Shown: positions 49,328 through 60,440, counted from the stretch's first letter. The stretch: DNA of 64,000 nt from Dehalococcoidia bacterium (GCA_963665775.2 CAXXTF010000002.1:1344001-1408000); one strand, 5' to 3'. Translations and numbers: made by a program. The notes: a model not told the origin generated them from the letters alone.

Positions 49328-49936
49328 ATGGACGTCTTCGAAGCAATGCACAGCCAGCGGGCCATACGCCGCCTCAAGACCGATCCGGTCCCCGACGAGC
49401 TCATCTGGAAGGTGTTAGACGCCGCCATCCGCGCCCCCAGCGGCAGCAACCAGCAGCCCTGGAACTTCATCGTCATCCGCAATCCGGATACCAGGAAGCG
49501 GATCGGCGAGCTCTACCTCGAGGTCTGGAGCTCGTTCCGTAGCGGGCAGCCGCAGCAGACGGAGCCCGATCCCAAGACGGCCAAAATCCACGCCTCAGCC
49601 GATCACCTGGCCAACCACCTGGGTGAGGCGCCGGTCCTGATCCTTGTCACCTTCAACAACTCCATCTCCTCGTCGTCAGTGGTCGGCTCCTCCATCTTTC
49701 CCGCCGTCCAGAACCTGATGCTGGCCGCCCGGGCCCTGGGCCTGGGCAGCGTCCTCACCACGACTCACCGCGGCCGGGAGGCCCAGATCAAGGAACTGCT
49801 GGGCATCCCTGATGATGTCGACACGATGGCCCTCATCCCCCTGGGCTGGCCCCAGGGCCGCTTCGGCCCCACTGACCGCCACCCCGTCGATCAGGTCACC
49901 TACTGGGACAGGTGGGGAGAGACCAGCGAGCGCTGA
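49328..49936 (+). CDS. Nitroreductase family protein
   Basis: RAIRR, APSGSNQQPW, SIFPAVQNLMLAARALGLG. Confidence 0.92.
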   Translation: MDVFEAMHSQRAIRRLKTDPVPDELIWKVLDAAIRAPSGSNQQPWNFIVIRNPDTRKRIGELYLEVWSSFRSGQPQQTEPDPKTAKIHASADHLANHLGEAPVLILVTFNNSISSSSVVGSSIFPAVQNLMLAARALGLGSVLTTTHRGREAQIKELLGIPDDVDTMALIPLGWPQGRFGPTDRHPVDQVTYWDRWGETSER

Positions 49937-50062
49937 CTGGGTCGCCCTCGCGGCGGCGTCCTTTTTCCCCTTGCCCTTTTCCGCCCGCCCAAGTCCGCTG
50001 AGCGATCATCCGTGATCATCTGCGGCCAACCAGAGGGTCTGCCCCACATACCCTACCGGCGC

Positions 50063-50082
50063 TCGAACAAACATGCGATAAT
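50063..50082 (+). promoter_or_regulatory. Possible degenerate LexA box overlapping -10 of rarA
   Basis: TCGAAC-AAAC-ATGCGA overlapping GATAAT. Confidence 0.4.
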
Positions 50083-50091
50083 GTGGGCGTC

Positions 50092-51471
50092 ATGCTCGCC
50101 CCCCGGCGCTCCAAGGCCCCCGATATGTTCGCCCAGGCGGCCCAGCGCCGCGCCGACCGCCAGGCCCCCCTGGCCGCCCGCATGCGCCCCCGCACCCTCG
50201 ACGAGTTCGTCGGGCAGGAGCAGCTCGTCGGCCCCGACCACGTCCTGCGCAAGGCCATCGAGGCCGACGAGCTCCCCTCGATCGTCCTCTGGGGCCCGCC
50301 CGGCACCGGCAAGACCACCCTGGCCCGCATCATCGCCGCCCTCACTCGCTCCCACTTCGAGCCCATCTCCGCCGTCGCCGCCGGCGTCGCCGACCTCCGT
50401 CGCATCGTCGCCGAGGCCCGCGACCGGCTGGGGATACAGGAGCAGCGCACCATCCTCTTCATCGACGAGATACACCGCTTCAACAAGGCGCAACAGGACG
50501 TCATTCTCCCTTATGTCGAGGACGGCACCGTCACCCTCATCGGCGCCACCACGGAGAACCCCTCCTTCGAGGTCATCGCCGCCCTCCTCTCCCGCTGCCG
50601 CGTCTTCACCCTGGAGCCGCTGACGCCGGAGCAGGTGGAGCTCATCCTCCGCCGTGCCCTGGCCGACGAGGAGCGCGGCCTCGGCTCGACGCGATTCGAG
50701 GTCAGCGACGACGTCCTCGCCGCCCTGGCCGGCGCCGTCGGCGGCGACGCCCGCATCGCCCTCAACGCCCTGGAGCTGGCCGTCAACGCCGCTCATCCTG
50801 AGCCTGTCGAAGGACCCGATGCCAAAGGCGTACGTGTGGTCTCCCTCGAAGCCGTCGAGGAGGCTCTCCAGCACCGGGCCGCCCTCTACGACAAGGCCGG
50901 CGACTGGCACTACGACATCGTCTCCGCCCTCATCAAGTCGCTCCGCGGCTCCGACCCGGATGCCGCCCTCTACTGGCTGGCCCGCATGATCGAGGGCGGC
51001 GAGGACCCCCTGTTCATCGCCCGCCGCCTGGTCATCCTCGCCTCGGAGGAGGTGGGGCTGGCCGATCCCCAGGCCCTCCAGGTGGCGATCGCCGCCCAGC
51101 AGGCCGTCCACTTCGTCGGCATGCCGGAGGGGTTCTACCCCCTGGCCGAGGCGACGATCTACCTGGCCACGGCCCCAAAGTCCAACTCCGTGGACAGCGC
51201 CTACAAGCGCGCCCTCCAGGACGCCCAGGCCACCCTGAGCGAGCCGGTGCCCCTGCACCTGCGCAACCCGGTCACCGACCTGATGAAGGGGATGGGCTAC
51301 GGCCGCGACTACCAGTACGACCACTCCTCCCCCGGCCACTACTCCGGCCAGGAGCACCTGCCCGAAAAGCTACGCGGACGCCGCTACTACGAGCCCGGTG
51401 AGCAGGGCTACGAGCAGCCCATCCGCGAGTGGCTGGAGCGCCTGCGAGAGGGGAGGCGCGAGGGCGACTGA
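50092..51471 (+). CDS. rarA: Replication-associated recombination protein A
   Basis: [59 protein letters not shown]. Confidence 0.96.
   Translation: MLAPRRSKAPDMFAQAAQRRADRQAPLAARMRPRTLDEFVGQEQLVGPDHVLRKAIEADELPSIVLWGPPGTGKTTLARIIAALTRSHFEPISAVAAGVADLRRIVAEARDRLGIQEQRTILFIDEIHRFNKAQQDVILPYVEDGTVTLIGATTENPSFEVIAALLSRCRVFTLEPLTPEQVELILRRALADEERGLGSTRFEVSDDVLAALAGAVGGDARIALNALELAVNAAHPEPVEGPDAKGVRVVSLEAVEEALQHRAALYDKAGDWHYDIVSALIKSLRGSDPDAALYWLARMIEGGEDPLFIARRLVILASEEVGLADPQALQVAIAAQQAVHFVGMPEGFYPLAEATIYLATAPKSNSVDSAYKRALQDAQATLSEPVPLHLRNPVTDLMKGMGYGRDYQYDHSSPGHYSGQEHLPEKLRGRRYYEPGEQGYEQPIREWLERLREGRREGD
50790..50815 (+). repeat. REP-like copy inside rarA
   Basis: CGCTCATCCTGAGCCTGTCGAAGGAC, identical to 42955-42980; read as AHPEPVEG. 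Confidence 0.9.
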
Positions 51472-51477
51472 TACCTC

Positions 51478-51930
51478 ATGAAACATTTCTTATCCTTAGC
51501 AGTATTTGCGCTATTCTTCGCCAGCTTGGGTGCTGGCGGGGCAGTGGGCGTTATGGTTTGGGAGCCTTGGGCTGATGATAGCGACGCGCCACAACTGGCC
51601 TCTACCCCAAAGCCGACTACCTCTACTCCAAAGCCAACGCCCTATGAGAGGAGGCTGACGGCGCCTGAAGCCGCAGCCATCGTGGAGTCCAGCGAGAATC
51701 AACGTTACGTCGACGCTTATCGTGCCCCTAGAGAGCCAAGCCAGGTGAGGTTGCTTATCCAGCTTGAAGGGTGCGAGACAGTGGATTTCAATGAGAGAAG
51801 CCGGGCCTGGATCGTCCAGTGCCTCGTTATGTTAAGGAACCTAGAAACCGGGCAGGAGTACGAGCCAGGCCTCCAGATATATCGTATTTACGATAGCACT
51901 GGCGTAATCGAGCCTGTGACCGGCCCATGA
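51478..51930 (+). CDS. Hypothetical exported/membrane-anchored protein
   Basis: Hydrophobic N-terminus, STPKPT x2 linker; lower GC than flanks. Confidence 0.7.
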   Translation: MKHFLSLAVFALFFASLGAGGAVGVMVWEPWADDSDAPQLASTPKPTTSTPKPTPYERRLTAPEAAAIVESSENQRYVDAYRAPREPSQVRLLIQLEGCETVDFNERSRAWIVQCLVMLRNLETGQEYEPGLQIYRIYDSTGVIEPVTGP

Positions 51931-52203
51931 GTCGGGAAGAACCGCTCATGACCGCTCACGACCTCCCCCACCGTCACCCCCTCGGACCCCGACGAGCCGC
52001 CGTCGCTGGAGCCCGATGCCGTTCACGAAGTTCAGATATCGGTCGCAGCCAGCAATGCCCAGCCCACCGAGATCAAGCTCTGGCTCTGCTACGATGGCAA
52101 TTTCGATTCACTACCGGACTCCCTGCAGATTTGGGCAATCACATGAGCCGCTCCTAGCCCCTTAACAAGAGGGCTCTCGTAGCGTATCATCATAAGCAGC
52201 ATT

Positions 52204-52249
52204 CTTCCCAAGCAGAGGGCCGTGGGTTCCAGTCCCAGCGCCCGCTTCA
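52204..52249 (+). pseudogene. Degenerate 3' half of tRNA-Gly(CCC)
   Basis: CTTCCCAAGC anticodon loop, GTGGGTTCCAGTCCC T-arm, CGCCCGCTTCA acceptor-like end; no matching 5' half. Confidence 0.6.
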
Positions 52250-52315
52250 GGCCCTCAATCCCCATATGAGCATCCCCTGCTGCCGAAGGCTGCTGGGCTA
52301 GAGAGGTTGGAACCT

Positions 52316-52759
52316 ATGGCAACTGTCCGACGCGCCGACGTAACATGGGAGGGTGACCTTGCTACCGGCAGTGGCACCGTTAGCGCCAGCACCAGTAACG
52401 TCTTCACAGCGCTGCCCGTATCCTGGGCCTCCCGCACGGAGACGCCCGACGGCCGCACCAGTCCTGAGGAGCTCGTCGCCGCTGCACATGCCAGTTGTTA
52501 CGCTATGGCGCTATCGGCCGGTCTGGGTCGCGCCGGCACGCCGCCCAGCAAGCTCCAGGTGAGCGCCACCGTGACTTTCGACCGCGTCGAAGGAGGATGG
52601 CGGGTTCTGTCAAGCGCCTTGACTGTTCTCGGCCAAGTAAGTGGCATCGACGAGTCCGCATTCCAGCAGGCGGCCGAAGACGCCAAAGAGAACTGCCCGA
52701 TCTCCCAGGCGCTCAAGGGGAACGTTGACTTGAGCGTGGACGCCAGCTTAGAACGCTGA
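52316..52759 (+). CDS. osmC: OsmC family peroxiredoxin
   Basis: WEGDL, SPEELVAAAHASCYAMALS, AKENCPISQAL. Confidence 0.93.
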   Translation: MATVRRADVTWEGDLATGSGTVSASTSNVFTALPVSWASRTETPDGRTSPEELVAAAHASCYAMALSAGLGRAGTPPSKLQVSATVTFDRVEGGWRVLSSALTVLGQVSGIDESAFQQAAEDAKENCPISQALKGNVDLSVDASLER

Positions 52760-52939
52760 TCACCGTATTGTCAGCGATCGGCTGGACCGCTAGGTTGGCA
52801 AGGTTGGACAGATCGGCGCCAGCCAATTCGGTAGGAACCTCTGTAAGTGGGCAGCCTCTTCCCGTACCATTAGCCTGATTAGTGTCCACTTCCTCGACGA
52901 ATCGCGGGACGACCAGCGATCTAGCCTAGGAGTCATTCG

Positions 52940-53080
52940 ATGGCTGAGAAAAGCAAGGACCTTCCGCTAATACTGAAAGTCCACAATGCGACTTGTCCTG
53001 CCTGGATTTTGCGAATTGGATTCTTGAAGAAAATCGAGCCAGGATGTCGAGCCGTCGAGAAGCGTCTCGCCGAGCCATAG
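52940..53080 (+). CDS. Candidate 46-aa small protein
   Basis: AGGAG RBS then MAEKSKDLPLILKVHNATCPAWILRIGFLKKIEPGCRAVEKRLAEP*. Confidence 0.35.
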   Translation: MAEKSKDLPLILKVHNATCPAWILRIGFLKKIEPGCRAVEKRLAEP

Positions 53081-53285
53081 GCCCGGTTGCGAAGGGTTGC
53101 GGCCTTCAGATTTCCAACGAGCCCGATGGCCGCGACCTACACGTGGCGGTTGGTTGTCTACACTTACGGTCCGGGCACTAAACCCGGAGGCCAATGGACA
53201 AGAGGCCAGCCGGCATCATCGTACTCCACCTACGGGCGAACCCGCCCACCAGTTACCGTCTAGATTTCGTATCTAGAAAAGCAAA

Positions 53286-53360
<75 letters not shown>

Positions 53361-53479
53361 TCTAGCCTTAATTATACCGTCCCCTGGCCGCCCTGCAACC
53401 GCAGGTGTCCGTCGTATTACCGCCTCTGGGGACGTCACCACCTTAAACGGCAACGGTTGCCTGACGCCGCGATGATTGC

Positions 53480-53508
53480 TTGACACCTACCATCGCCCAT
53501 ATTAGCCT
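53480..53508 (+). promoter_or_regulatory. Sigma70-type promoter
   Basis: TTGACA-17 nt-TAGCCT. Confidence 0.65.
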
Positions 53509-53543
53509 TCGAGATAGTCTGCTCACTTAGGAGGTGCCGCCTC

Positions 53544-53981
53544 ATGTCGCGCCTAGTGAAGTCCATCCAGATTGACGCCCCTCAGGACCAGGTCTTCAAC
53601 TATGCGGCTGACGTTGGGAAGCAGGCCGAGTGGATCGTTTTCATTAAGGAGATCGAGGTTACATCTGGCGATGGCCACAGCCGTGGCACCACCGACCGAT
53701 GTGTGACCAAGATGGGGCTCCGGAGTGAGGTGATGGAGGCGGAGTGGACTGAGTTCCAGCCTCCCGACTCTTTTGGGCGACGCATCACCAAAGGCATGAA
53801 GATGGAGGGTCGTATCGCCTTCAAGTCTGAGGATGACGGCACCCACGTTCAGTGGAACATCTCCTACCGGCCCCCGTATGGGATGCTGGGCCGCTTCATC
53901 GATATAGCCTTCATGAACCGCATCTTCCAGAACGAGGTCGAGGAGTCCCTGGATAACCTGAAAGCGGCGCTGGAGGGCTGA
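53544..53981 (+). CDS. SRPBCC / polyketide cyclase-like protein
   Basis: SIQIDAPQDQVFNYAAD...W, GTHVQW, LDNLKAALE; RBS AGGAGG. Confidence 0.87.
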   Translation: MSRLVKSIQIDAPQDQVFNYAADVGKQAEWIVFIKEIEVTSGDGHSRGTTDRCVTKMGLRSEVMEAEWTEFQPPDSFGRRITKGMKMEGRIAFKSEDDGTHVQWNISYRPPYGMLGRFIDIAFMNRIFQNEVEESLDNLKAALEG

Positions 53982-54030
53982 GACCTCCGGCCACGGGACG
54001 GCCCTTCGCCAGTCGCGCCTCACCGGCTCG

Positions 54031-54059
54031 TTGACACCCCCTGGGGCCGCCGCGATAAT
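54031..54059 (+). promoter_or_regulatory. Sigma70-type promoter of lpdA
   Basis: TTGACA-17 nt-GATAAT. Confidence 0.7.
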
Positions 54060-54152
54060 GCGGGCGGACGATATGCCCGTTTCTGTAGCTAAAGCTTTGA
54101 TCGATATCGCCTATCGGCGCGGCTAGCGGCGCCGCCAGCAGGAAGGCAGGTT

Positions 54153-55535
54153 GTGGACGAACTCGACTTAGTGGCGATCGGCGGCGGGAGCGGTGGCTAT
54201 ACGGCGGCCATCCGGGCCAGCCAGTTGGGCCTCACCGCAGCCATCATCGAGCGAGACCGAGTCGGCGGCACCTGCCTGCATAAGGGCTGCATACCGACCA
54301 AAGTCCTCCTGGAGACCGCCGAGACCCTATCCCTCGTTCGCAGAAGCGGCACGTTCGGCGTCCTCAGCGAAGGCGTCTCCCTGGACTACGCCACCGTGGC
54401 TGCCCGCAAGAGGCAGGTGGTGGACACCCTTCACAAGGGCCTGTGCTCCCTGATCCAGAAGCACAAAATCGAGGTAATACAGGGCCAGGCCCGGCTCCTC
54501 ACGCCCACACAGGTCGCCGTTGGTGACCGCCTGCTGGGGGCGAAGCAGATCGTCCTGGCAACAGGTTCCCGGCCGAAGGAGATCCCGGGCCTGGCCACCG
54601 ATGGGGAGCACATCCTCAACAGCGATCACCTTCTGGAGCGGGACGACCCGCCCTCCTCCATCGCGGTCGTTGGTGCCGGAGCCGTGGGCGTGGAGTTCGC
54701 CTCCTTCTACCTGGACATCGGCTGCGACGTCACCCTCATCGAGATGATGCCCAACCTTCTCCCCCTGGAGGACGCTGACCTGGGGAAAGCCCTGGGAAAG
54801 GCCCTCGCCGCCCGTGGCGCCAGGCTCCTCACATCCGGCCGCCTCTTGCCCGAGAGGACCAGCGCGTACGATAACGTCGTCGAGCTCACCGTCCAGCGCG
54901 GTGACGAAGAGACGACCGTAGCCGCTCAGCTGCTCCTCACCGCCGTGGGCCGCGAGGCGGTCACCGATGACCTCGGTCTGGAGAACACGCGTGTGCAGGT
55001 ACAGAACGGCTTTGTGTTAGTGGACGGGAGTTACCGCACGCACGAGCCGACGGTGTACGCTGTGGGGGACGCCATCGGTGGGTTGCTGCTGGCCCACGTC
55101 GCCGCCGCCGAGGGTTTCCTGGCGGCTGAGGCGATCGCCGGCCAGAGGGGCCCGCCCCTGGACTACAGCCGCGTCCCCCGTGTCGCTTACAGCCGACCCC
55201 AGGTGGCGGCCGTCGGGCTCAGCGAGCGGCAGGCGCGTGACGCCGGCCACAAAGTCAAGAGCCAGCGCTTCTCCTTCCGCTACAACGCTATGGCCCTCAT
55301 CCAGGATGAGACCGAGGGGTTCGCCAAGGTCGTTTACGATGGCGACTCCGGCCACCTCCTGGGCGCTCACATCATCGGCCACCGCGCCTCGGAGCTGATA
55401 TCTGAGGCTTCCCTGGCCCGCTTCCTGGGGGCGTCCGCACGAGGGGTGGGAGCCAACATCCACCCGCATCCTTCGCTGAGCGAGGTGCTGGGCGAGGCGG
55501 CCCAGCTCTCGGCGGACATCAGCATCTATTGGTGA
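54153..55535 (+). CDS. lpdA: Dihydrolipoyl dehydrogenase
   Basis: GGGSGGY, GGTCLHKGCIPTK, GAGAVGVEF, HPHPSLSE. Confidence 0.94.
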   Translation: MDELDLVAIGGGSGGYTAAIRASQLGLTAAIIERDRVGGTCLHKGCIPTKVLLETAETLSLVRRSGTFGVLSEGVSLDYATVAARKRQVVDTLHKGLCSLIQKHKIEVIQGQARLLTPTQVAVGDRLLGAKQIVLATGSRPKEIPGLATDGEHILNSDHLLERDDPPSSIAVVGAGAVGVEFASFYLDIGCDVTLIEMMPNLLPLEDADLGKALGKALAARGARLLTSGRLLPERTSAYDNVVELTVQRGDEETTVAAQLLLTAVGREAVTDDLGLENTRVQVQNGFVLVDGSYRTHEPTVYAVGDAIGGLLLAHVAAAEGFLAAEAIAGQRGPPLDYSRVPRVAYSRPQVAAVGLSERQARDAGHKVKSQRFSFRYNAMALIQDETEGFAKVVYDGDSGHLLGAHIIGHRASELISEASLARFLGASARGVGANIHPHPSLSEVLGEAAQLSADISIYW

Positions 55536-55577
55536 GCCGGTGACGGTAACGTCCAGCCTCGGCGAAGCAGAGGTCAT

Positions 55578-56366
55578 TTGATGGCGCCGCCGCTGTGCCG
55601 CGCCTCCTGGCTGGGCCGCGTCCCGTACGAGGAGGCCTGGCGTCTCCAGAGGGATCTCGCCGTCCGCTGCTCCGCTGGCCTCGCCCCTGATACACTCCTC
55701 CTTCTGGAGCACCCGCCGGTCTATACGACCGGCCGTCGTGGACGCGGCGACAACCTTCGCCCGTCGCCCGCGGTCCTGGGGGCGCCTCTCATCGAGAGCG
55801 ACCGCGGAGGCGCCATTACGTTCCACGGCCCCGGACAGCTCGTCGCTTATCCCATCGTCGACCTGCGAGCCACCGGGCTGGGCGTGACCGGGTATATCGG
55901 CAGGCTGGAGCAGGTGATCATCCGCACTCTGAGCTCGTACGGTATCGCCGGTGGGCGGGAGAGCGGCCTTACCGGCGTCTGGGTGGAAGGCGAGAAGATC
56001 GCGGCCATCGGGGTGCGGGTGAGCCGGCCCGCGGGCGCTGCCGGACGCTGGGTGACCAGCCACGGCCTCGCGATCAACGTGGACGTGGACCTGGGCTGGT
56101 TCCAGCGCATCATCCCCTGTGGCATCGCCGACCGTAGCGTCACCTCGATGGCGAGGCTCCTGGGCGAGGCCCCGCCTCTGCGCGATGTCGCCGATCGGCT
56201 GGCCGTTCATTTCGGTCAGGCGTTTCGGCGTGAGATTGCCGCCGTGCCAGCGCTCCCTCCGACTGAGGCCGCCTTGACCGGGCCGAGGGCCGAATCTACT
56301 ATCAGAGACAGTAAGGACGGCTTGTCTCAAGCAGGTGCCGAGGGAAGATCATTATCTCAGGGCTAG
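55578..56366 (+). CDS. lipB: Lipoyl(octanoyl) transferase
   Basis: LEHPPVYTTG, RGGAITFHGPGQ, KIAAIG, HGLAIN, IIPCG. Confidence 0.94.
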   Translation: MMAPPLCRASWLGRVPYEEAWRLQRDLAVRCSAGLAPDTLLLLEHPPVYTTGRRGRGDNLRPSPAVLGAPLIESDRGGAITFHGPGQLVAYPIVDLRATGLGVTGYIGRLEQVIIRTLSSYGIAGGRESGLTGVWVEGEKIAAIGVRVSRPAGAAGRWVTSHGLAINVDVDLGWFQRIIPCGIADRSVTSMARLLGEAPPLRDVADRLAVHFGQAFRREIAAVPALPPTEAALTGPRAESTIRDSKDGLSQAGAEGRSLSQG

Positions 56367-56524
56367 GGGTAACGCCGCCCCCGTGGTGGCGGGCCCCGGC
56401 CGGAATCAGGAACGGGCCGTGAACGCATTTCAAGAGCGTCCCATGTTGAAGAGCGCTGGAAGAGAGGCCGCAGTTGAGCGGGCGCACCGTTGATCAGCCG
56501 ATAGGAGCAGAGACCGAGGAGAGG

Positions 56525-57286
56525 ATGGCGGCGCCGGACAGCTCAGACGAGGCCATTATCCAGTCCGTTGACCTCGTCAAGACCTACGACACGGGCCGGG
56601 TGAAGGTGAACGCCCTCCGCGGGGTCAGCCTGACCATCCACCGTGGGGATATGGTCGCTATCATGGGCCCCTCCGGTTGTGACAAGACCACCCTCCTCAA
56701 CTGCCTCTCCGGCCTCGACGTGGTTGATAGCGAGCGCGTCTTCGTGGATCGGGTAGACATCGGCACCATGTCCGATGACGAGAAGACCGAGTACCGCGCC
56801 CGTCGCATGGGCTTCGTCTTCCAGTTCTACAACCTGCTACCCGTGCTCTCCGCCGTGGAGAACGTGGAGCTGCCGCTGCTCGTCTCAGGCGGCGTCTCCA
56901 CCGGCGAGGCCCGCCGGCGCGCCCTGGACAGCCTGGAGCGGGTGCGCCTGCAGGATTGAGCCGAGCACAGGCCGACCGAGCTCTCCGGTGGCCAGAGGCA
57001 GCGTGTGACCATCGCTCGCGCTCTGGTCAACGAGCCGGCCATCGTCTGGGGCGATGAACCCACGGGCGATCTGGACAGCACCACGGCCAACGAGGTCATG
57101 GACCTGCTCTGTGAACTCAATGAAATGAACGCCCAGACCTTCGTCCTGGTCACTCATGCCCAGGAGGTCGCCGATCGCACCGACCGCATCGTTAGGATGC
57201 AGGACGGCCGGATCATCAGCGACCAGCGCGTCCTCGATCGGGAGGCGCGGATCTGGGGGCCAGTCGTAGAGGTCGCGGGCACCTAG
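56525..57286 (+). pseudogene. LolD/MacB-type ABC ATPase, disrupted
   Basis: Two in-frame ORFs split by TGA at 56957-56959 just before LSGGQ; Walker A reads GPSGCDKT. Confidence 0.85.
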
Positions 57287-57295
57287 AGGCCGATA

Positions 57296-60200
57296 ATGGA
57301 GAGCCTGTTCGGCGTCCCCATGGGCACGCTGATGGTGATATTCCTCATCGCCTTCGTGGTTGTGGTGGGCGTGGTGGCCGCGCTGGCATTGCGTAACCGG
57401 GTCCTCCTCAGGCTGGCCCTCCGCGGCATCCCCCGTCGACGGGGTCGAACGATCCTCATCGTCCTGGGCCTGATGCTGGGAACGCTCATCATATCGGCCG
57501 CCTTCGGTACCGGCGATACCATGACCCATACGATCCGCTCCACGGTGCTAACCTCGCTGGGCAACATCGATGACGTGATCTCGGTAAAGGGTGCGGACAC
57601 CGGGAGCGCCTTCTTCGTCCAGGCCGAGGCCGACATCGAATACTTTGACGAGGCCCTGTTCGCCCAGGTCGAGGCTGAGATCGGCGGCTCCGAGCTCGTG
57701 GACGGGCTGGCCCCGGTCATCATCGAGCCGGTGGCCGTACAGGACCGGACCAGCCAGCAGAACGAGCCCCGGGTGACGCTGTTCGCCATCGACCCGGCCC
57801 ATATGGACGGCTTCGGCGAGATCAAGCAGGTAGGTGGCGGCACCGTCTCCCTGACCGCCCTGGCCGAGGGCGAGGTGTATCTGAACGACGTGGCGGCGGA
57901 CGAGTTGAACGCCAGCGCCGGCGACGAGCTGCTGGCCTTCGCCGCGGAGCGGATCATCGAGCTGAGGGTGAAGGCCGTGGTGAAGTACCAGGGCGGCGGC
58001 ACCGATGAAGCCGGCATGCTGATGGCCCTGGACGCTGCCCAGAGCCTTCTTGGCAAGGGTGGGCAGATCAAGCACATCATGGTGTCCAACCAGGGCGGTG
58101 CCCTGTCCGGGGTTAAACACACTGACGCGGTGATAGCCAGCCTGCAGCCCGTCCTGGATCCCCTGGGCCTGGAGGCGGACCCCACCAAGGAGGACGCCCT
58201 GGACTTCGCCAACGAGTTGGGCACGGTGTTCACGTCGTTCTTCATCACGTTCGGCACCTTCTCCATCGCCGCGGGCATCATGCTGATACTGCTGATCTTC
58301 GTCATGCTGGCGGCGGAACGGAAGCCGGAGATGGGCATGGCGCGGGCAGTGGGCACCAAGCGGCGCCACCTGGTCGAGATGTTCCTATTCGAGGGCATGG
58401 TCTACGATCTGCTGGCGGCCGGCGTCGGCGCCGTGCTGGGTCTGGCCGTGGCTTTCGGCATGGTGCTCCTGATGGCCAAGGCGTTCGCTACCTTCGGAGT
58501 GGACATACAGCACGACTTCCGGCTGCGCAGCCTCATCGTCGCCTACACCATGGGGATGCTGCTGACCTTCATCGTCGTCACCGTGTCGGCCTGGCGGGTG
58601 AGCGTCCTCAACATCGTGACCGCCATACGGGACCTGCCGGACCCGCTGATACTGCGCGGGCCTGAGTGGAAACGAGGGCGGCGATGGGCGATAGCGGGCA
58701 TCCTCCTCGCCCACCTTTACGTTCCGATGTCCATTCTGGCGTTCGTACTGAGCGGCGCTCGCCTGGGGGGACTGGGGGCCTGGCTGCGGCGGCAACGGCC
58801 GCCGGCCACATGGTTTCTGGGAGTCGCGGGCGTTGAGCTGGGAGTCATACTGACCATCTCGGGTCTGAGCGCCAGGCACGCGACCCTCTTCGGGATGGGG
58901 ATATCGTTCCTGATCATGGCGCTGGTGCCGCTCCTGCGGCGGCTGGGAGCGCCGGACCGGGTTGCCTTCACCCTCCCAGGTATCCTGCTTCTGGCCTGGT
59001 GGTTGCGCCCGTTCGACTCGCTGGACTTCATCCTGCCCGACATGTCGTCGGATGTCTCTATCTTCCTTCATCACCTCGGGGATCATGTTGGTCATCGGCG
59101 GCACCTGGACACTGATGTATAACTCCGATCTGCTGCTGGGGGCGATCATGGCTGTGTTTGGCCGCGTCCGGCGGCTAACGCCGGTGCTGAAGACCGCCAT
59201 CTCCTACCCCCTGACCAACCGCTTCCGCACTGGCATGACGGTGGCCATGTTCTCCCTGGTCGTGTTCACCTTGGTCGTGATGGCGACCCTGACCAACGCC
59301 TTCTCCCAGGTGCTCAACGACGAGGAGGCGTTCGGCGGCGGCTTCGACCTCCGGGCCCAGACATTGCGCATCAACCCCGTGGAAGATATGGCCACTGCCA
59401 TCCAGGGCGCGGAAACGTTGGACATCGATGACTTCCAGGTTGTGGCCAACCAGTCGATCCTGGCGCTGGCGGCGAAGCAGGTGAAGCCGGTGGACGAGAA
59501 GTTCGAGTCCTACCCGGTGCGGGGCTTCGACGATGAGTTCCTGGCGCATAACACGTACGAGTTCGCCATCATTGCGGAGGGCTATGGCTCAGCGCGGGAG
59601 GTCTGGCAGGCCCTGGCGGATACGCCCGGCCTGGCCGTAGTGGACCCTATCCCTGTTCCTACGCGCGACAACTTCGGCTTCCAGGCGGGCGTACCCGACT
59701 TCAAGCTGGAGGGGTTCTTCATAGAGGATAAGACGTTCCGCCCCGTGAAGGTCGAGGTGTTAGACGAGGCAACCGGCGAGACAGTCACCCTGACCATCAT
59801 CGGGGTGCTCAAGGAGACCTTCCCTCCCTTCATGTTCGGCCTCGGCACCTCTCAGAAGGCGCTGACCGACGCCTTCGGTGCCCAGGCGCAGCCCACTGTT
59901 CACTTCTTCGGGCTCGCGGAGAACGCGGACGTCGACGCTATCGCGGATGCCCTGGAGGTGACCTTCCTGATGAACGGCATGGAGGCTGACGTGCTTGCGG
60001 AGGAGTTGGATAAGCTGGTAGGCACGCAGCTAACGTTCAACTACATACTTCAGGGGTTCATGGGGCTAGGTCTGGTGGTGGGAGTGGCGGCGCTGGGGGT
60101 GATCAGCGCCCGCTCCGTGGTGGAGCGGCGCCAGCAGATAGGCGTGCTGCGGGCGATCGGGTTCCAGCGAGGGATGGTGCAGATCAGCTTCCTGCTGGAA

Positions 60201-60440
60201 TCGTCCCTTGTCGCTTTGCTCGGCATCGGCTTAGGTTCGATTTTGGGCCTGATACTCGCCTACAACATAATCCAGAACATCGCAACCGAAGGAAACCTCG
60301 AGAATATACAGTTCGCTGTCCCCTGGCTCAACCTGACCGTCATCTTCCTCATCGCCTACGGAGCCTCGTTGCTGACCACCTTCCTGCCTGCACGTCAGGC
60401 CTCGCGCGTATACCCGGCCCAGGCGCTGCGCTACGAGTAG
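57296..60440 (+). pseudogene. FtsX/MacB-type double-domain ABC permease, frameshifted near 59065
   Basis: 608-aa and 492-aa ORFs in different frames, each with ERxxxxGxxRAxG motif; junction ATCTTCCTTCATCACC restores SIFFIT if one C is removed. Confidence 0.8.

Noticed and set aside
44679-51357. Long antisense ORFs (378, 249, 300, 367, 434 aa) and similar ones elsewhere
   Set aside because: Shadow frames expected at high GC opposite well-supported genes.
51478-53285. Prophage or intact integrative element
   Set aside because: No integrase, phage or transfer genes; only a tRNA relic and lower GC.
56957-56959. In-frame TGA in ABC ATPase as selenocysteine or recoded Trp
   Set aside because: Position is not a Cys site, other lesions are present, and TGA is a normal stop throughout the window.
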